Source of the DNA: Bdellovibrionota bacterium
GTDB lineage: Bacteria; Bdellovibrionota_C; UBA2361; OMIW01
NCBI GenBank assembly: GCA_044345055.1
Contig: JBIJBT010000005.1
Span: 1-57,098 of the forward strand
Direction: 5' to 3'
DNA: 57,098 nucleotides
Part shown: one piece after another, positions 19,426 to 28,224 of the stretch
Layout: each line of letters begins with the position of its first letter
How positions within the stretch are numbered: position 1 is the stretch's first letter
Made by a program: the position numbers and the translations under genes
Notes under the pieces: generated by a model
Told to the model about the DNA's origin: nothing
What the model saw: the letters and a program-made list of their open reading frames with translations, nothing else
The model's database searches: none

Positions 19426-19749
19426 ATGAAGTACGTGTATATTCTGAGAAGCATGAGCCGGCCCTTCAACTTCGCTCCCTTCGACCTTGCTCAGGGCAGG
19501 CCGGGGCAGCTATATGTCGGCAGTACTGCTGATTTGAGCCAACGGCTCAGCTACCACAATAGCGGGAGGTGTCCGCATACTTCCAAATTCAGGCCGTGGG
19601 AGGTCGCCTATACCGAGCAGTTTGAGAACGAGGCTGATGCTTTCAAGCGGGAGCGGCAAATCAAAGGGTGGACGAGGGAGAAGAAAGAGGCATTGATATT
19701 AGGTAATCGGAAAACGCTTAAGGAGCTCGCTAAGAGAAGAGTTTTCTAA
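19426..19749 (+). CDS. Small GIY-YIG nuclease (UPF0213/YhbQ-like) with 13-aa in-frame insertion
   Basis: YVYIL...LYVGST..L..RL..HN.G...T...RPW...Y.E......A.KRERQIKGW motifs. Confidence 0.9.
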   Translation: MKYVYILRSMSRPFNFAPFDLAQGRPGQLYVGSTADLSQRLSYHNSGRCPHTSKFRPWEVAYTEQFENEADAFKRERQIKGWTREKKEALILGNRKTLKELAKRRVF

Positions 19750-19756
19750 CTTCTAG

Positions 19757-20007
19757 AAAAGCCCGTTCGACTCGCTACGCTCGCTCAGGGCATTCGCCTC
19801 ATTCGCTGCGCCCCAAAAAAAGTGGTAAGGGATCGCAATTCTCGAGATAGACTCCTGAGATTATTACCGCCGGTGCATTTTGCAATCCTTGTGATTTTGA
19901 CGCTTTAACATGAGAATTGCGACGCCCTACTTATAGAAAAAAGCCCGTTCGACTCGCTACGCTCGCTCAGGGCATTCGCCTCATTCGCTGCGCCCCAAAA
20001 AAAGTGG
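19757..20007. repeat. 69-bp exact direct repeat (19757-19825 and 19939-20007), REP-like
   Basis: AAAAGCCCGTTCGACTCGCTACGCTCGCTCAGGGCATTCGCCTCATTCGCTGCGCCCCAAAAAAAGTGG twice; second copy pairs with CGAGTCGAA at 20036-44. Confidence 0.92.
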
Positions 20008-20044
20008 CTTGCCATGAGCGAGTGAGCGCAGCGAACGAGTCGAA

Positions 20045-20442
20045 TGGAGGTGAGGGGAATCGAACCCCTGTCCGAGAAACCGCAGTCGAAATCTTCTACA
20101 CGCTTAGCCGGTCATTTAATTTAACCACCACCACTCCGACAGGCAGGATGGGGGGAGGCTAGACTCTGGATTTAGCTGTGAACGGTGAGTCAACTGTTCG
20201 CAGCGAGCTTATGAAAGTGAGGCCCGGGAGAGCGTACAAGCACCACCCCCTCGAACCGAAGCCGACCCTTGTGGGGTAGGCTTCTTGTGCTTCAGTAGTT
20301 GTCTAACCGTTAGGCAGCAACAGCTACGTCAGCGAAATCATCAGCGTTTGCAGATGTTTTTATCCGCTTTTTTACCAGGCCAGCGGACCCTGGACGTGCT
20401 TACCTCAACCTTGACGAATCCCGTCGAAACCGGAACACCCCC
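20045..20442 (-). ncRNA. ssrA: tmRNA (transfer-messenger RNA)
   Basis: 5' GGGGGTG...GGTTTCGACGGG; 3' CAGGGGTTCGATTCCCCTCACCTCCA with G3-U acceptor pair; tag reading frame 20351-20310 encodes ANADDFADVAVAA*; CCA not encoded. Confidence 0.96.
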
Positions 20443-20555
20443 GTGAGTCCTTTTAGTATGGGGCGGGGTGGTGCATAATTCAAGCGCTTTCGGTGATGTT
20501 ACTCTTTTTGGACCGAGCAATTTTTCAAACCGTATAATTTTTCTCAAAGGGCGAT

Positions 20556-20948
20556 ATGGGCTTTCGGCGATTTTTGGTAACCTCCCTCGTTTTTGGTTCG
20601 GTGTTTTGTTTAGGTGAGGAGGCGTTCGCAAGAACGTTGGTGCCTTATGAAGAAACAAAGGTGCAAGAGGCGATGACTGGTGGAAAGCCTGTGCTGGTTG
20701 AGGTTTATGCCGATTGGTGTCCTTCATGTAAGAAAGGACACGTTGCGCTTGAAAAGGCTCTCGACGGAGTCGCGGATATAGCGGCGTTTCAGATCGATTT
20801 TGACAAAGATGAGGAGCTTTTGAAGAAATATGGCGTTGAAGAACAGGGTACGGTATTGATCGTTAAGGAAGGTAAAGAGGTTGCGCGGTTGGCGGGTGAA
20901 CACCGAGTCGAGGCGATCGTCGAGTGGATTAAAGCAAAGAGTCTGTAG
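20556..20948 (+). CDS. Exported thioredoxin-family protein
   Basis: Signal peptide and YADWCPSC motif. Confidence 0.85.
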   Translation: MGFRRFLVTSLVFGSVFCLGEEAFARTLVPYEETKVQEAMTGGKPVLVEVYADWCPSCKKGHVALEKALDGVADIAAFQIDFDKDEELLKKYGVEEQGTVLIVKEGKEVARLAGEHRVEAIVEWIKAKSL

Positions 20949-21196
20949 TTGGCCTTGAAAAACCCCTCCATGGGTTTTTCAAGGTGGCTCCAAGCCCACA
21001 AAATCGCTTCTAGCGCGATTTTGTGGGCGTCGCCCAAACGTCTATCGACGTTTGCCGGACCCTTCGTGGTCCGGAGTGCTCCCTGAAATTGCAACTTTCT
21101 GAGCATAGCTGCTCAAAAAGTTGCATAATCTTGCTTTTAAAAATCGAATTTTTAAAAGCAAGATTATGTAGTTACACTTTTTTTCAGGGAGCACTA
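20946..21196. mobile_element. MITE-like composite palindromic element (long form)
   Basis: Starts TAGTTGGCCTTGAAAAACCC, ends TTTTTCAGGGAGCACTA; nested TIR AGTGCTCCCTGAAA (21075-88)/TTTCAGGGAGCACT (21182-95); several internal hairpins; same ends as 47542-47587. Confidence 0.6.
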
Positions 21197-21263
21197 CCTA
21201 CAGCCTCACCGCCCCTTTTTAACGGCACAGAGCTTCTCTCCGCAGAGAATAGTGAATCCCTGA

Positions 21264-22628
21264 ATGATGAATAATCTTACTCCTCATAACCGCGGGCCCA
21301 TCGCTACCATTTGGGAGATTCTGCGGGTCGCTGTCGCACTAATGCGGGTACCCCGTCTTTTTGCATCTCTATTTCTTTTTCCCCTACTAGTGAGCTTCAT
21401 CCTCGTCATCGCTCAAGCGACCGTGACTGCCTCACTACTCAATGTTGTCGATACATACGACTCGCCCTCTAATCGAGTAAAGATGCAGAACCGCGAGGGG
21501 GAATTTGTACGGGCCAAACTACTTGGTTCTAGTGGTCATCTCCCCCCGATAACTGTCTGCCGGTGGGAAACACCATCGCGCGATGCCGCGCTTGCTCCAG
21601 CAGCGTTAGCGGAGCAGCCCCCTTCGTCACCATCGGGATGCTCACTAGGCCGTTACGATGTCGTTCTGCGAGTTGATAATCCGGCGAACTTTGATGCTAC
21701 GCCGTATCGCGATCGGCTTACCGGAAAGTTTCTTAAACTTCATCTGTGTCGAAGCTGTAGAAGCGATATCATCATCACGCCTACTACTAATCCAGTAAAG
21801 GCTCATCTCTTCAGTGTTTGGGGGCTTATTCTTCTCTCGATAGCTCGTCGCTCGGAACAGGCCGAACTTATCGCATCAATGCCTGATGCCGATCCCCTCT
21901 CATCGGGCGCTAAGCTCGGTAAAGAGATTCTAAATTTGCCTGGTCTTTATGCGCCGACCCCGCTAAGCGAGATTAACGCAACGATCATCGGGATTTTGAA
22001 TATCGCCTCCTTAATTATTATCGGAGCGTGGCTAGCGATGAAATCGCACCGCAAGGTGCTCGATTATTTTGCGGCAAGCGGCTCACTACTTCCACTCGTT
22101 GCCGCATCAGGTCGATCCGTTTTTTACGGATCTCTATGGGTTCTTACCGGTGCACGCGTTGCCTGTTTTCTTATGAGCTCGGTGCCTTTCTCGTACTCGG
22201 TATTTACCTCGATGGCGACAAAACACACTAAGACATTCGCCTTCGGTGGAGATGGCGCAGCATTTGGTTTATGGCTGATTGCGATGACCGCGATGTTCTC
22301 TCTTGCAGGAACGATCGCTTCAATCTCTGAGCTCCGAACGAAGTATTCACCTTTAAGTTTCGTTTATCGATATATACCGTTTTTTCTCTGCGTTGTTGGT
22401 GGTTCGGTCTGGGGCATGACGCTCCTCTTTGATTCATCCAGTGCGGTCACTACGCGGGATTTAATTGCTGCATTTCCCCTTGTCGGTATCGTTCCGGTAC
22501 TGCTGGCACCAATCTTTGTGCCGAGTGATAACGTACTTGTGGTGCAAAGTATTCTGAGTGTTACTGCACTCGTGTTTGCGATACGGGCGAATACGAAATG
22601 GTTTGGCGCACATCTTGAGGAGCTGTAA
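21264..22628 (+). CDS. Polytopic membrane protein, probable ABC transporter permease
   Basis: Multiple TM segments with a large extracytoplasmic loop; TAATG overlap with the ABC ATPase gene. Confidence 0.7.
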   Translation: MMNNLTPHNRGPIATIWEILRVAVALMRVPRLFASLFLFPLLVSFILVIAQATVTASLLNVVDTYDSPSNRVKMQNREGEFVRAKLLGSSGHLPPITVCRWETPSRDAALAPAALAEQPPSSPSGCSLGRYDVVLRVDNPANFDATPYRDRLTGKFLKLHLCRSCRSDIIITPTTNPVKAHLFSVWGLILLSIARRSEQAELIASMPDADPLSSGAKLGKEILNLPGLYAPTPLSEINATIIGILNIASLIIIGAWLAMKSHRKVLDYFAASGSLLPLVAASGRSVFYGSLWVLTGARVACFLMSSVPFSYSVFTSMATKHTKTFAFGGDGAAFGLWLIAMTAMFSLAGTIASISELRTKYSPLSFVYRYIPFFLCVVGGSVWGMTLLFDSSSAVTTRDLIAAFPLVGIVPVLLAPIFVPSDNVLVVQSILSVTALVFAIRANTKWFGAHLEEL

Positions 22629-23557
22629 TGATTGACGAAAAACCAACACTAACGATAACGGCCTCGAATCTGAAGGTACGCTACAATGAGACTCTTGCGC
22701 TAACTGCTGATAACGCCGAGTTCGCAGGCCAAGTTGTCGCGGTTATTGGTCACAACGGTGCTGGCAAATCGACCCTTATCAAAACGATCCTCGGATTGGT
22801 GCGTCCCGAAAAAGGTGAGGTGCGTTGCTCATTCACCCATCGTGGCACAACAACTAATCTTGTACCCGAAGAACATATGGCTTTTTGCCCTGAAATGGGC
22901 TCGGTATTCTCTGATATTTATGTAGAGGACTATATAAAACTTTGGTGCCGGATGAAGCACCGCGATGGTTTGTACTTTAAAAAGGCGGGGGCAAAATATA
23001 TCGAGCTCCTCGAAATGGCGCCGTTAATGAAAAAGCGAGGCCGAGAGCTTTCAAAAGGCCAGCGGCGGCGAGTGCAGACGACGATAGGTTTTTTAACGAA
23101 CCCAAAACTTTTCTTATTCGATGAGCCATTCGATGGGCTCGATATTATTAGAACTCAGGAGCTCACAGATCTTATAGACGAACACACCAAAGAGATGACC
23201 TTTATCGTTTCATCCCACCGAATGGATGTAATGGAGCGGCTCGCTGATTATGTTGTGGTGCTAAAAAATGGTGAGTTTGTTTCGTACGGCTCGCTTGAGG
23301 CGGTGTGCGAAGACTTGGGTGGTGCGACGTACTTTTTGAAGTTGGAAGCAGGTCAGGGCGAAGCCGCCGATGCTCTGCGGTTAGGGCTTCAAGGGTGCGT
23401 GGTAAATCATGTTGGAAGTCATCTCGCGATAACTGGGAAGGGTGCACAGGAGGATGTTATTTTGCGAATTGTGGCAGGGATTGGCGGTGTGGTGATTGAT
23501 TTAGAAAAAACTCAGCCTTCGCTCGTTGATGCGATGAATGTGCATCTGAAGGGATGA
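22628..23557 (+). CDS. ABC transporter ATP-binding protein
   Basis: GHNGAGKST Walker A, LSKGQ signature, LFDEP Walker B, SSH H-loop. Confidence 0.93.
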   Translation: MIDEKPTLTITASNLKVRYNETLALTADNAEFAGQVVAVIGHNGAGKSTLIKTILGLVRPEKGEVRCSFTHRGTTTNLVPEEHMAFCPEMGSVFSDIYVEDYIKLWCRMKHRDGLYFKKAGAKYIELLEMAPLMKKRGRELSKGQRRRVQTTIGFLTNPKLFLFDEPFDGLDIIRTQELTDLIDEHTKEMTFIVSSHRMDVMERLADYVVVLKNGEFVSYGSLEAVCEDLGGATYFLKLEAGQGEAADALRLGLQGCVVNHVGSHLAITGKGAQEDVILRIVAGIGGVVIDLEKTQPSLVDAMNVHLKG

Positions 23558-23805
23558 TGGGGCTGGGACTATAAGCACTTAATTGTCCCTCCCAAAAAAT
23601 CAAAAACCATCCATTTTTGTCCCTCTAAAAAGGGACAAAAGTGTCACCGGCTCCCCAGCGAATTGAATTTTATCCGATTTGTTCGGAGCAATTTCTCACA
23701 AGTCATCGAAATCGTCCGAGAGTGTTACCCTCTCAACCCCATATTGCCCTAATCTCCCCAAAAATGGTGTAATCCCGATATATTGATACTTTACTCCCCT
23801 CCGTT

Positions 23806-25284
23806 ATGCGCACCAAATTCCTCACCCTTTCCATCCTCCTCGTTGTCATTGCTGCTGGATGGTTCGCCTTTCGCGATCACCCGTATATTCGCTTTTTTGA
23901 TCCGACCCCTCCTGAGCTGAGCATTCTACTTCCTACCCGTGATGGCGACGTTTCCGCTGAAGAAAACCTCCTTGTTGGTGGTGGTGGTATTAATCTTAAA
24001 GTAAACTTGCGCGACCCAGCAGGTACCGGGCTTGATGAGGTAACGGTGCGGATTGATGATGGGTCGGGGCTGCGGGAGATATTCAAGAAATCGTACGATG
24101 AGTGGCGAATCGCGGAGGATGCGATTACGATAACAGCGCCAGCTAATACGCTGAAAATGCGGGTTCAAGAAGTCACACTCGAAATTATTGCCTTCTCCAA
24201 AGGCTTTTCAAACGCGAAAACAACAAAAAGTTTTAAAGTCCGAACCGACTTTGAGCGGCCCCGTGGTGAGGTTCTCACGGTGCAACATAACGGTCGAATC
24301 GGAGGAGCTTTGATGGTGATCTTTCGGGTTACTTCATCGGATACAGCTTTTGCGGGGGTGCGGTGGCGGAATAAGGAATACCCCGGATTTCCGGCTGATA
24401 CAATCTCGCCGGAGCTGGCAGAATTTTCCGGATTATACGCGAGCTTTTTTCCGATTGAGCAGGACTTCGATCGCGGCAGCGACACTCTGAAGCTGGTGAT
24501 TCGCGATAGGGCAAATAATGAGACGATTCTGCCGTTTCCTCAGACGGTCGCAAATTATGGATTTCGCAACGCAGAGATGAAGATGAAGCGCCCCTTCTTT
24601 GAGGAGCGGGTGCGGGAGCTGCTTCCTCTCTTTGCGCAGGAATCTGGGCGTTCGATAGCCGTTCCAGAGGATCTTTCGAGCATTAGCGACGAGGAGCTTG
24701 GTTTGTTGTTCAAGCAGGTTAATGAAGATTATCGGGCGTTTCTTGAGGAGAAGCTGCTGAAGATTCTTTCGAAAACATCTCCGGTACGGGCGTGGGATCA
24801 GGTATTCTTGAAGCCGCTCGCCGCGGCACCAACAGCGAGCTATGGCGAGCGACGCAGCTATACTTTGAACGGATTTCCTGCAGGGCGCTCCGTTCATCAG
24901 GGTATCGACCTTGCCCATCACGCGATGTCCCCAGTGATGGCATCAAATAGCGGCACGGTCTTATTTACCGGATTTCTCGGTATTTATGGCGAAACCGTTG
25001 TGATTGATCACGGTATGGGGCTTGCAACCCTGTATGGCCACCTCTCTTCTCAATCAGTAGCTGAGGGAGAAACTGTTGGTCGTGGTCAGCTTATCGGCAG
25101 AACCGGCGCGACTGGTCTGGCGGGTGGTGATCACCTGCATATCGAGTTTCGGCTTCACGGAGTCCCAGTTTATCCGATCGAGTGGATCGATCCTCACTGG
25201 ATCAAAGACCATGTATCCGACCAATTTCCATTTGTGGCTAAGCAGATTAAGAACATCATGGCGCTTTCGGAGGCTCCAAAGTAG
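23806..25284 (+). CDS. M23 family metallo-endopeptidase
   Basis: HQGID, YGETVVIDHG, LYGHLS, GDHLHIE; N-terminal membrane anchor. Confidence 0.9.
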   Translation: MRTKFLTLSILLVVIAAGWFAFRDHPYIRFFDPTPPELSILLPTRDGDVSAEENLLVGGGGINLKVNLRDPAGTGLDEVTVRIDDGSGLREIFKKSYDEWRIAEDAITITAPANTLKMRVQEVTLEIIAFSKGFSNAKTTKSFKVRTDFERPRGEVLTVQHNGRIGGALMVIFRVTSSDTAFAGVRWRNKEYPGFPADTISPELAEFSGLYASFFPIEQDFDRGSDTLKLVIRDRANNETILPFPQTVANYGFRNAEMKMKRPFFEERVRELLPLFAQESGRSIAVPEDLSSISDEELGLLFKQVNEDYRAFLEEKLLKILSKTSPVRAWDQVFLKPLAAAPTASYGERRSYTLNGFPAGRSVHQGIDLAHHAMSPVMASNSGTVLFTGFLGIYGETVVIDHGMGLATLYGHLSSQSVAEGETVGRGQLIGRTGATGLAGGDHLHIEFRLHGVPVYPIEWIDPHWIKDHVSDQFPFVAKQIKNIMALSEAPK

Positions 25285-25417
25285 GGGCACTAGATTCGTT
25301 GGTGGCGATCATTCCGTTTGCTGGTTCGCCGCTTTCCCTTTACCATATCGTCACCCGCTGTTTTGGGGGCGGAACAGATTTTTTTCCAGAACTAACCAAC
25401 ACCAGCATCCTTTAACT

Positions 25418-28141
25418 ATGTTCACCTATCTTGCTCGCAAAGTGTTTGGCACTCGGAACGATCGTGTTCTTAAATCGTTCCGGCCTATCGTTCAGGAGAT
25501 AAATGGGCTCGAGGAGAGTTTCGCCGCCCTATCTGATGAAGCGCTTCGTCAAAAGACCGATGAGTTTCGATCGCAATATGCCGGTGGGAAAACACTCGAC
25601 GAGCTACTTCCTGAGGCGTTTGCTGTAGTTCGAGAGGCGTCAAAGCGGGTGCTCGGGATGCGTCACTTTGATGTGCAGCTTATTGGGGGAATCGTTCTTC
25701 ATCGCGGAATGATCGCAGAGATGAAAACAGGAGAGGGTAAAACTCTTATGGCGACCCTTCCTGCTTACCTGAATGCGATTGCGGGGAAAGGGGTCCATAT
25801 CGTTACGGTAAACGATTATCTTGCTCGTCGAGACGCAGAGTGGATGGGACGGGTTTATAATGCGCTCGGACTCTCGGTCGGTGTCGTTTGCTCCGGCATG
25901 GACGAAGATTCAAAACGACAGGCCTATAGAGCTGATATTACCTACGGGCAAAATAACGAATACGGCTTTGATTACCTCCGCGACAACATGAAGTTTGCTG
26001 CTGAGGATCAGTTTCAACGTGATCACTTTTTTGCGATCGTGGATGAAGTTGATTCTATCCTCATCGATGAGGCGCGGACTCCACTTATAATCTCGGGTCC
26101 AGCTGAGGCACCAACCGATCTCTATTATAAATTGAACGCGATAATTCCTCGACTTCAGCCGAATAAAGATTACGAGGTCGAACTTCGCACGAAATCACCA
26201 ACTCTCACTGAGCAGGGGGTCGAGACATGTGAACGACTCCTCGAGATAAAAAATCTCTACGATCCAAGCAACATCGATGTTCTTCATCACCTAAATCAGG
26301 CGCTAAAAGCGCATACGACAATGACCCGCGATGTCGATTACGTAGTCAAAGATGGTCAGGTGATTATCGTTGATGAATTCACGGGACGGTTGATGGCCGG
26401 GCGGCGGTGGTCAAACGGATTACATCAGGCGGTCGAAGCAAAAGAGGGACTTCGGATTAACAGAGAGAACGTTACCCTAGCGAGCATTACTTTCCAGAAC
26501 TTCTTTCGAATGTATTCAAAACTCTCTGGAATGACAGGTACTGCTGATACCGAAGCGGTCGAACTTAAAACTATATACGGTCTTGAGGTTGTCGTTGTTC
26601 CATCGAATAAACCTCTCGCCAGAACAGATCTCTCAGATGTGGTGTTTAAGACGCGGCGTGAAAAATACAATGCAGTCGTTGAGGACATCAAAGATATTAC
26701 GAGCAAAGGGCAGCCGGTGCTCGTTGGAACCGTCAGTATAGACCAGAGTGAAACGCTATCGCGGCTCCTTCACGAGCAAGGAGTGCTTCACAATGTTCTT
26801 AATGCAAAACATCACGAGCGTGAGGCGGAAATTATCGCGCAGGCGGGTCGGTTTGGGGCTGTTACCATATCAACGAATATGGCGGGACGGGGAACAGATA
26901 TCGTGCTTGGAGGAAATGCCTCTTTCCTTGCGGCGGCCGAGGCCGGGACGAAAGATAAAGATGACGAAGGCTATAAGGCCGCTTTTGAAAGGTTTTCTCC
27001 GGAGTGTCGGGCTGAAAAAGAGAAAGTTCTTGCTGCCGGCGGTCTTTTTATAATTGGTACCGAGCGTCACGAATCGCGTCGGATCGATAATCAGCTGCGG
27101 GGCCGATCCGGTCGACAAGGAGATCCAGGAGCATCGCGATTCTACATCTCGCTTGAGGATGATCTGATGATGCGTTTCGGTGGGGACCGCATTCAGGCGA
27201 TTATGAATCGTCTGAGCTGGGAGGAGGGAACCGCTATGGAGGGTGGTATAATTAGCCGCTCGATTGAAACGGCGCAGAAGCGGGTCGAGGATATGCATTT
27301 TGAGAGCCGCAAACATGTGACCGAGTACGACGATGTAATGAACAAACAACGGAAAGTCGTTTATTCGCTCCGGAAAAAGATATTGTTGCGAGAAGGGATT
27401 CGGGAGGAGGTCTACGGCATTCTCGATGATCTTGCGGAAGATCTCGTTATGGAGGTTTGTCATTCCGATAAAAAGCCGATGGAGTGGGAACTCAAGCTTA
27501 TCGGAGAGCGATTCGCATTTTTAACGAATCACCCCCTCAAGGAGTTTGACACGATTCCTCTCGAGCAGCAGGCGATATACGACTTTGTTTGCAGCGAGCT
27601 CAGACAGCTTTACGATGCTCAGATGATCGACAAAGAGTCGAAGCTCTCGGGACTTGCTTCTCTTGCAACTGGAGATGGCTCCCGAATCCAGTTTGAGCAC
27701 GATATTCCCTCCTATGAGCAGATGGAGCAGCGAACTCTACTTGAGGCGCTCGATCACTTTTGGAATCAACATATTCAGGATATGGAAGAGCTCCGAGATG
27801 GTATCGGGCTTCGCGGGTACGCTCAGCAGAATCCGCTTTACGAATATCAGAAAGAGGGCTTTATTCTCTTTCAGCAGATGATAAGTCTCTACAAAGAGGC
27901 GGTTTGTCGAAAGCTGTTCTTTGAAGAGGTTATCGATCCAGCAGCACTTGTTGAGGCGATCGAACGAGAGGATGAAAAGCGCCGAAAACGAGAGGAGACG
28001 ATACAAACTTTCCATCAACCGACACTCGCCGATGCTGGTGCTTCGGCCGATGGTTCTTCGGAGAGTGATGCCGCGCGGAATACGTCGAAAAAAGTGGGGG
28101 CATCTTCACACAAAAACCAAACGCAGGGTAATGGGCAATAG
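25418..28141 (+). CDS. secA: Preprotein translocase ATPase SecA
   Basis: MKTGEGKT, VTVNDYLARRD, IVDEVDSILIDEARTPLIISG, STNMAGRGTDI, QLRGRSGRQGDPG; real start MFTYLARK at 25418. Confidence 0.98.
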   Translation: MFTYLARKVFGTRNDRVLKSFRPIVQEINGLEESFAALSDEALRQKTDEFRSQYAGGKTLDELLPEAFAVVREASKRVLGMRHFDVQLIGGIVLHRGMIAEMKTGEGKTLMATLPAYLNAIAGKGVHIVTVNDYLARRDAEWMGRVYNALGLSVGVVCSGMDEDSKRQAYRADITYGQNNEYGFDYLRDNMKFAAEDQFQRDHFFAIVDEVDSILIDEARTPLIISGPAEAPTDLYYKLNAIIPRLQPNKDYEVELRTKSPTLTEQGVETCERLLEIKNLYDPSNIDVLHHLNQALKAHTTMTRDVDYVVKDGQVIIVDEFTGRLMAGRRWSNGLHQAVEAKEGLRINRENVTLASITFQNFFRMYSKLSGMTGTADTEAVELKTIYGLEVVVVPSNKPLARTDLSDVVFKTRREKYNAVVEDIKDITSKGQPVLVGTVSIDQSETLSRLLHEQGVLHNVLNAKHHEREAEIIAQAGRFGAVTISTNMAGRGTDIVLGGNASFLAAAEAGTKDKDDEGYKAAFERFSPECRAEKEKVLAAGGLFIIGTERHESRRIDNQLRGRSGRQGDPGASRFYISLEDDLMMRFGGDRIQAIMNRLSWEEGTAMEGGIISRSIETAQKRVEDMHFESRKHVTEYDDVMNKQRKVVYSLRKKILLREGIREEVYGILDDLAEDLVMEVCHSDKKPMEWELKLIGERFAFLTNHPLKEFDTIPLEQQAIYDFVCSELRQLYDAQMIDKESKLSGLASLATGDGSRIQFEHDIPSYEQMEQRTLLEALDHFWNQHIQDMEELRDGIGLRGYAQQNPLYEYQKEGFILFQQMISLYKEAVCRKLFFEEVIDPAALVEAIEREDEKRRKREETIQTFHQPTLADAGASADGSSESDAARNTSKKVGASSHKNQTQGNGQ

Positions 28142-28224
28142 AAAACTTGCGAACCGAGCTAGTTGAGATTAACTCTGGGTTTAAAAAGTGCTTTCAGTGC
28201 CTGTGTGGGAGATGATGGAGACAG

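Larger units (their letters stand above)
14670..20044. mobile_element. Mosaic genomic island at the tmRNA 3' end
   Basis: Abuts tmRNA 3' end; partial duplication of the tmRNA 3' end at 18940-18947; RhuM, Fic, IS3 remnant, GIY-YIG genes, truncated genes and repeats; no intact integrase seen; left boundary approximate. Confidence 0.75.

Noticed and set aside
19917..20727. ORFs 19917..20162 (+) and 20341..20727 (-)
   Set aside because: Shadow frames over repeats, tmRNA and the thioredoxin gene
25076..25417. 114-aa N-terminal extension of SecA in the ORF track
   Set aside because: Overlaps the M23 gene; SecA similarity begins at ATG 25418
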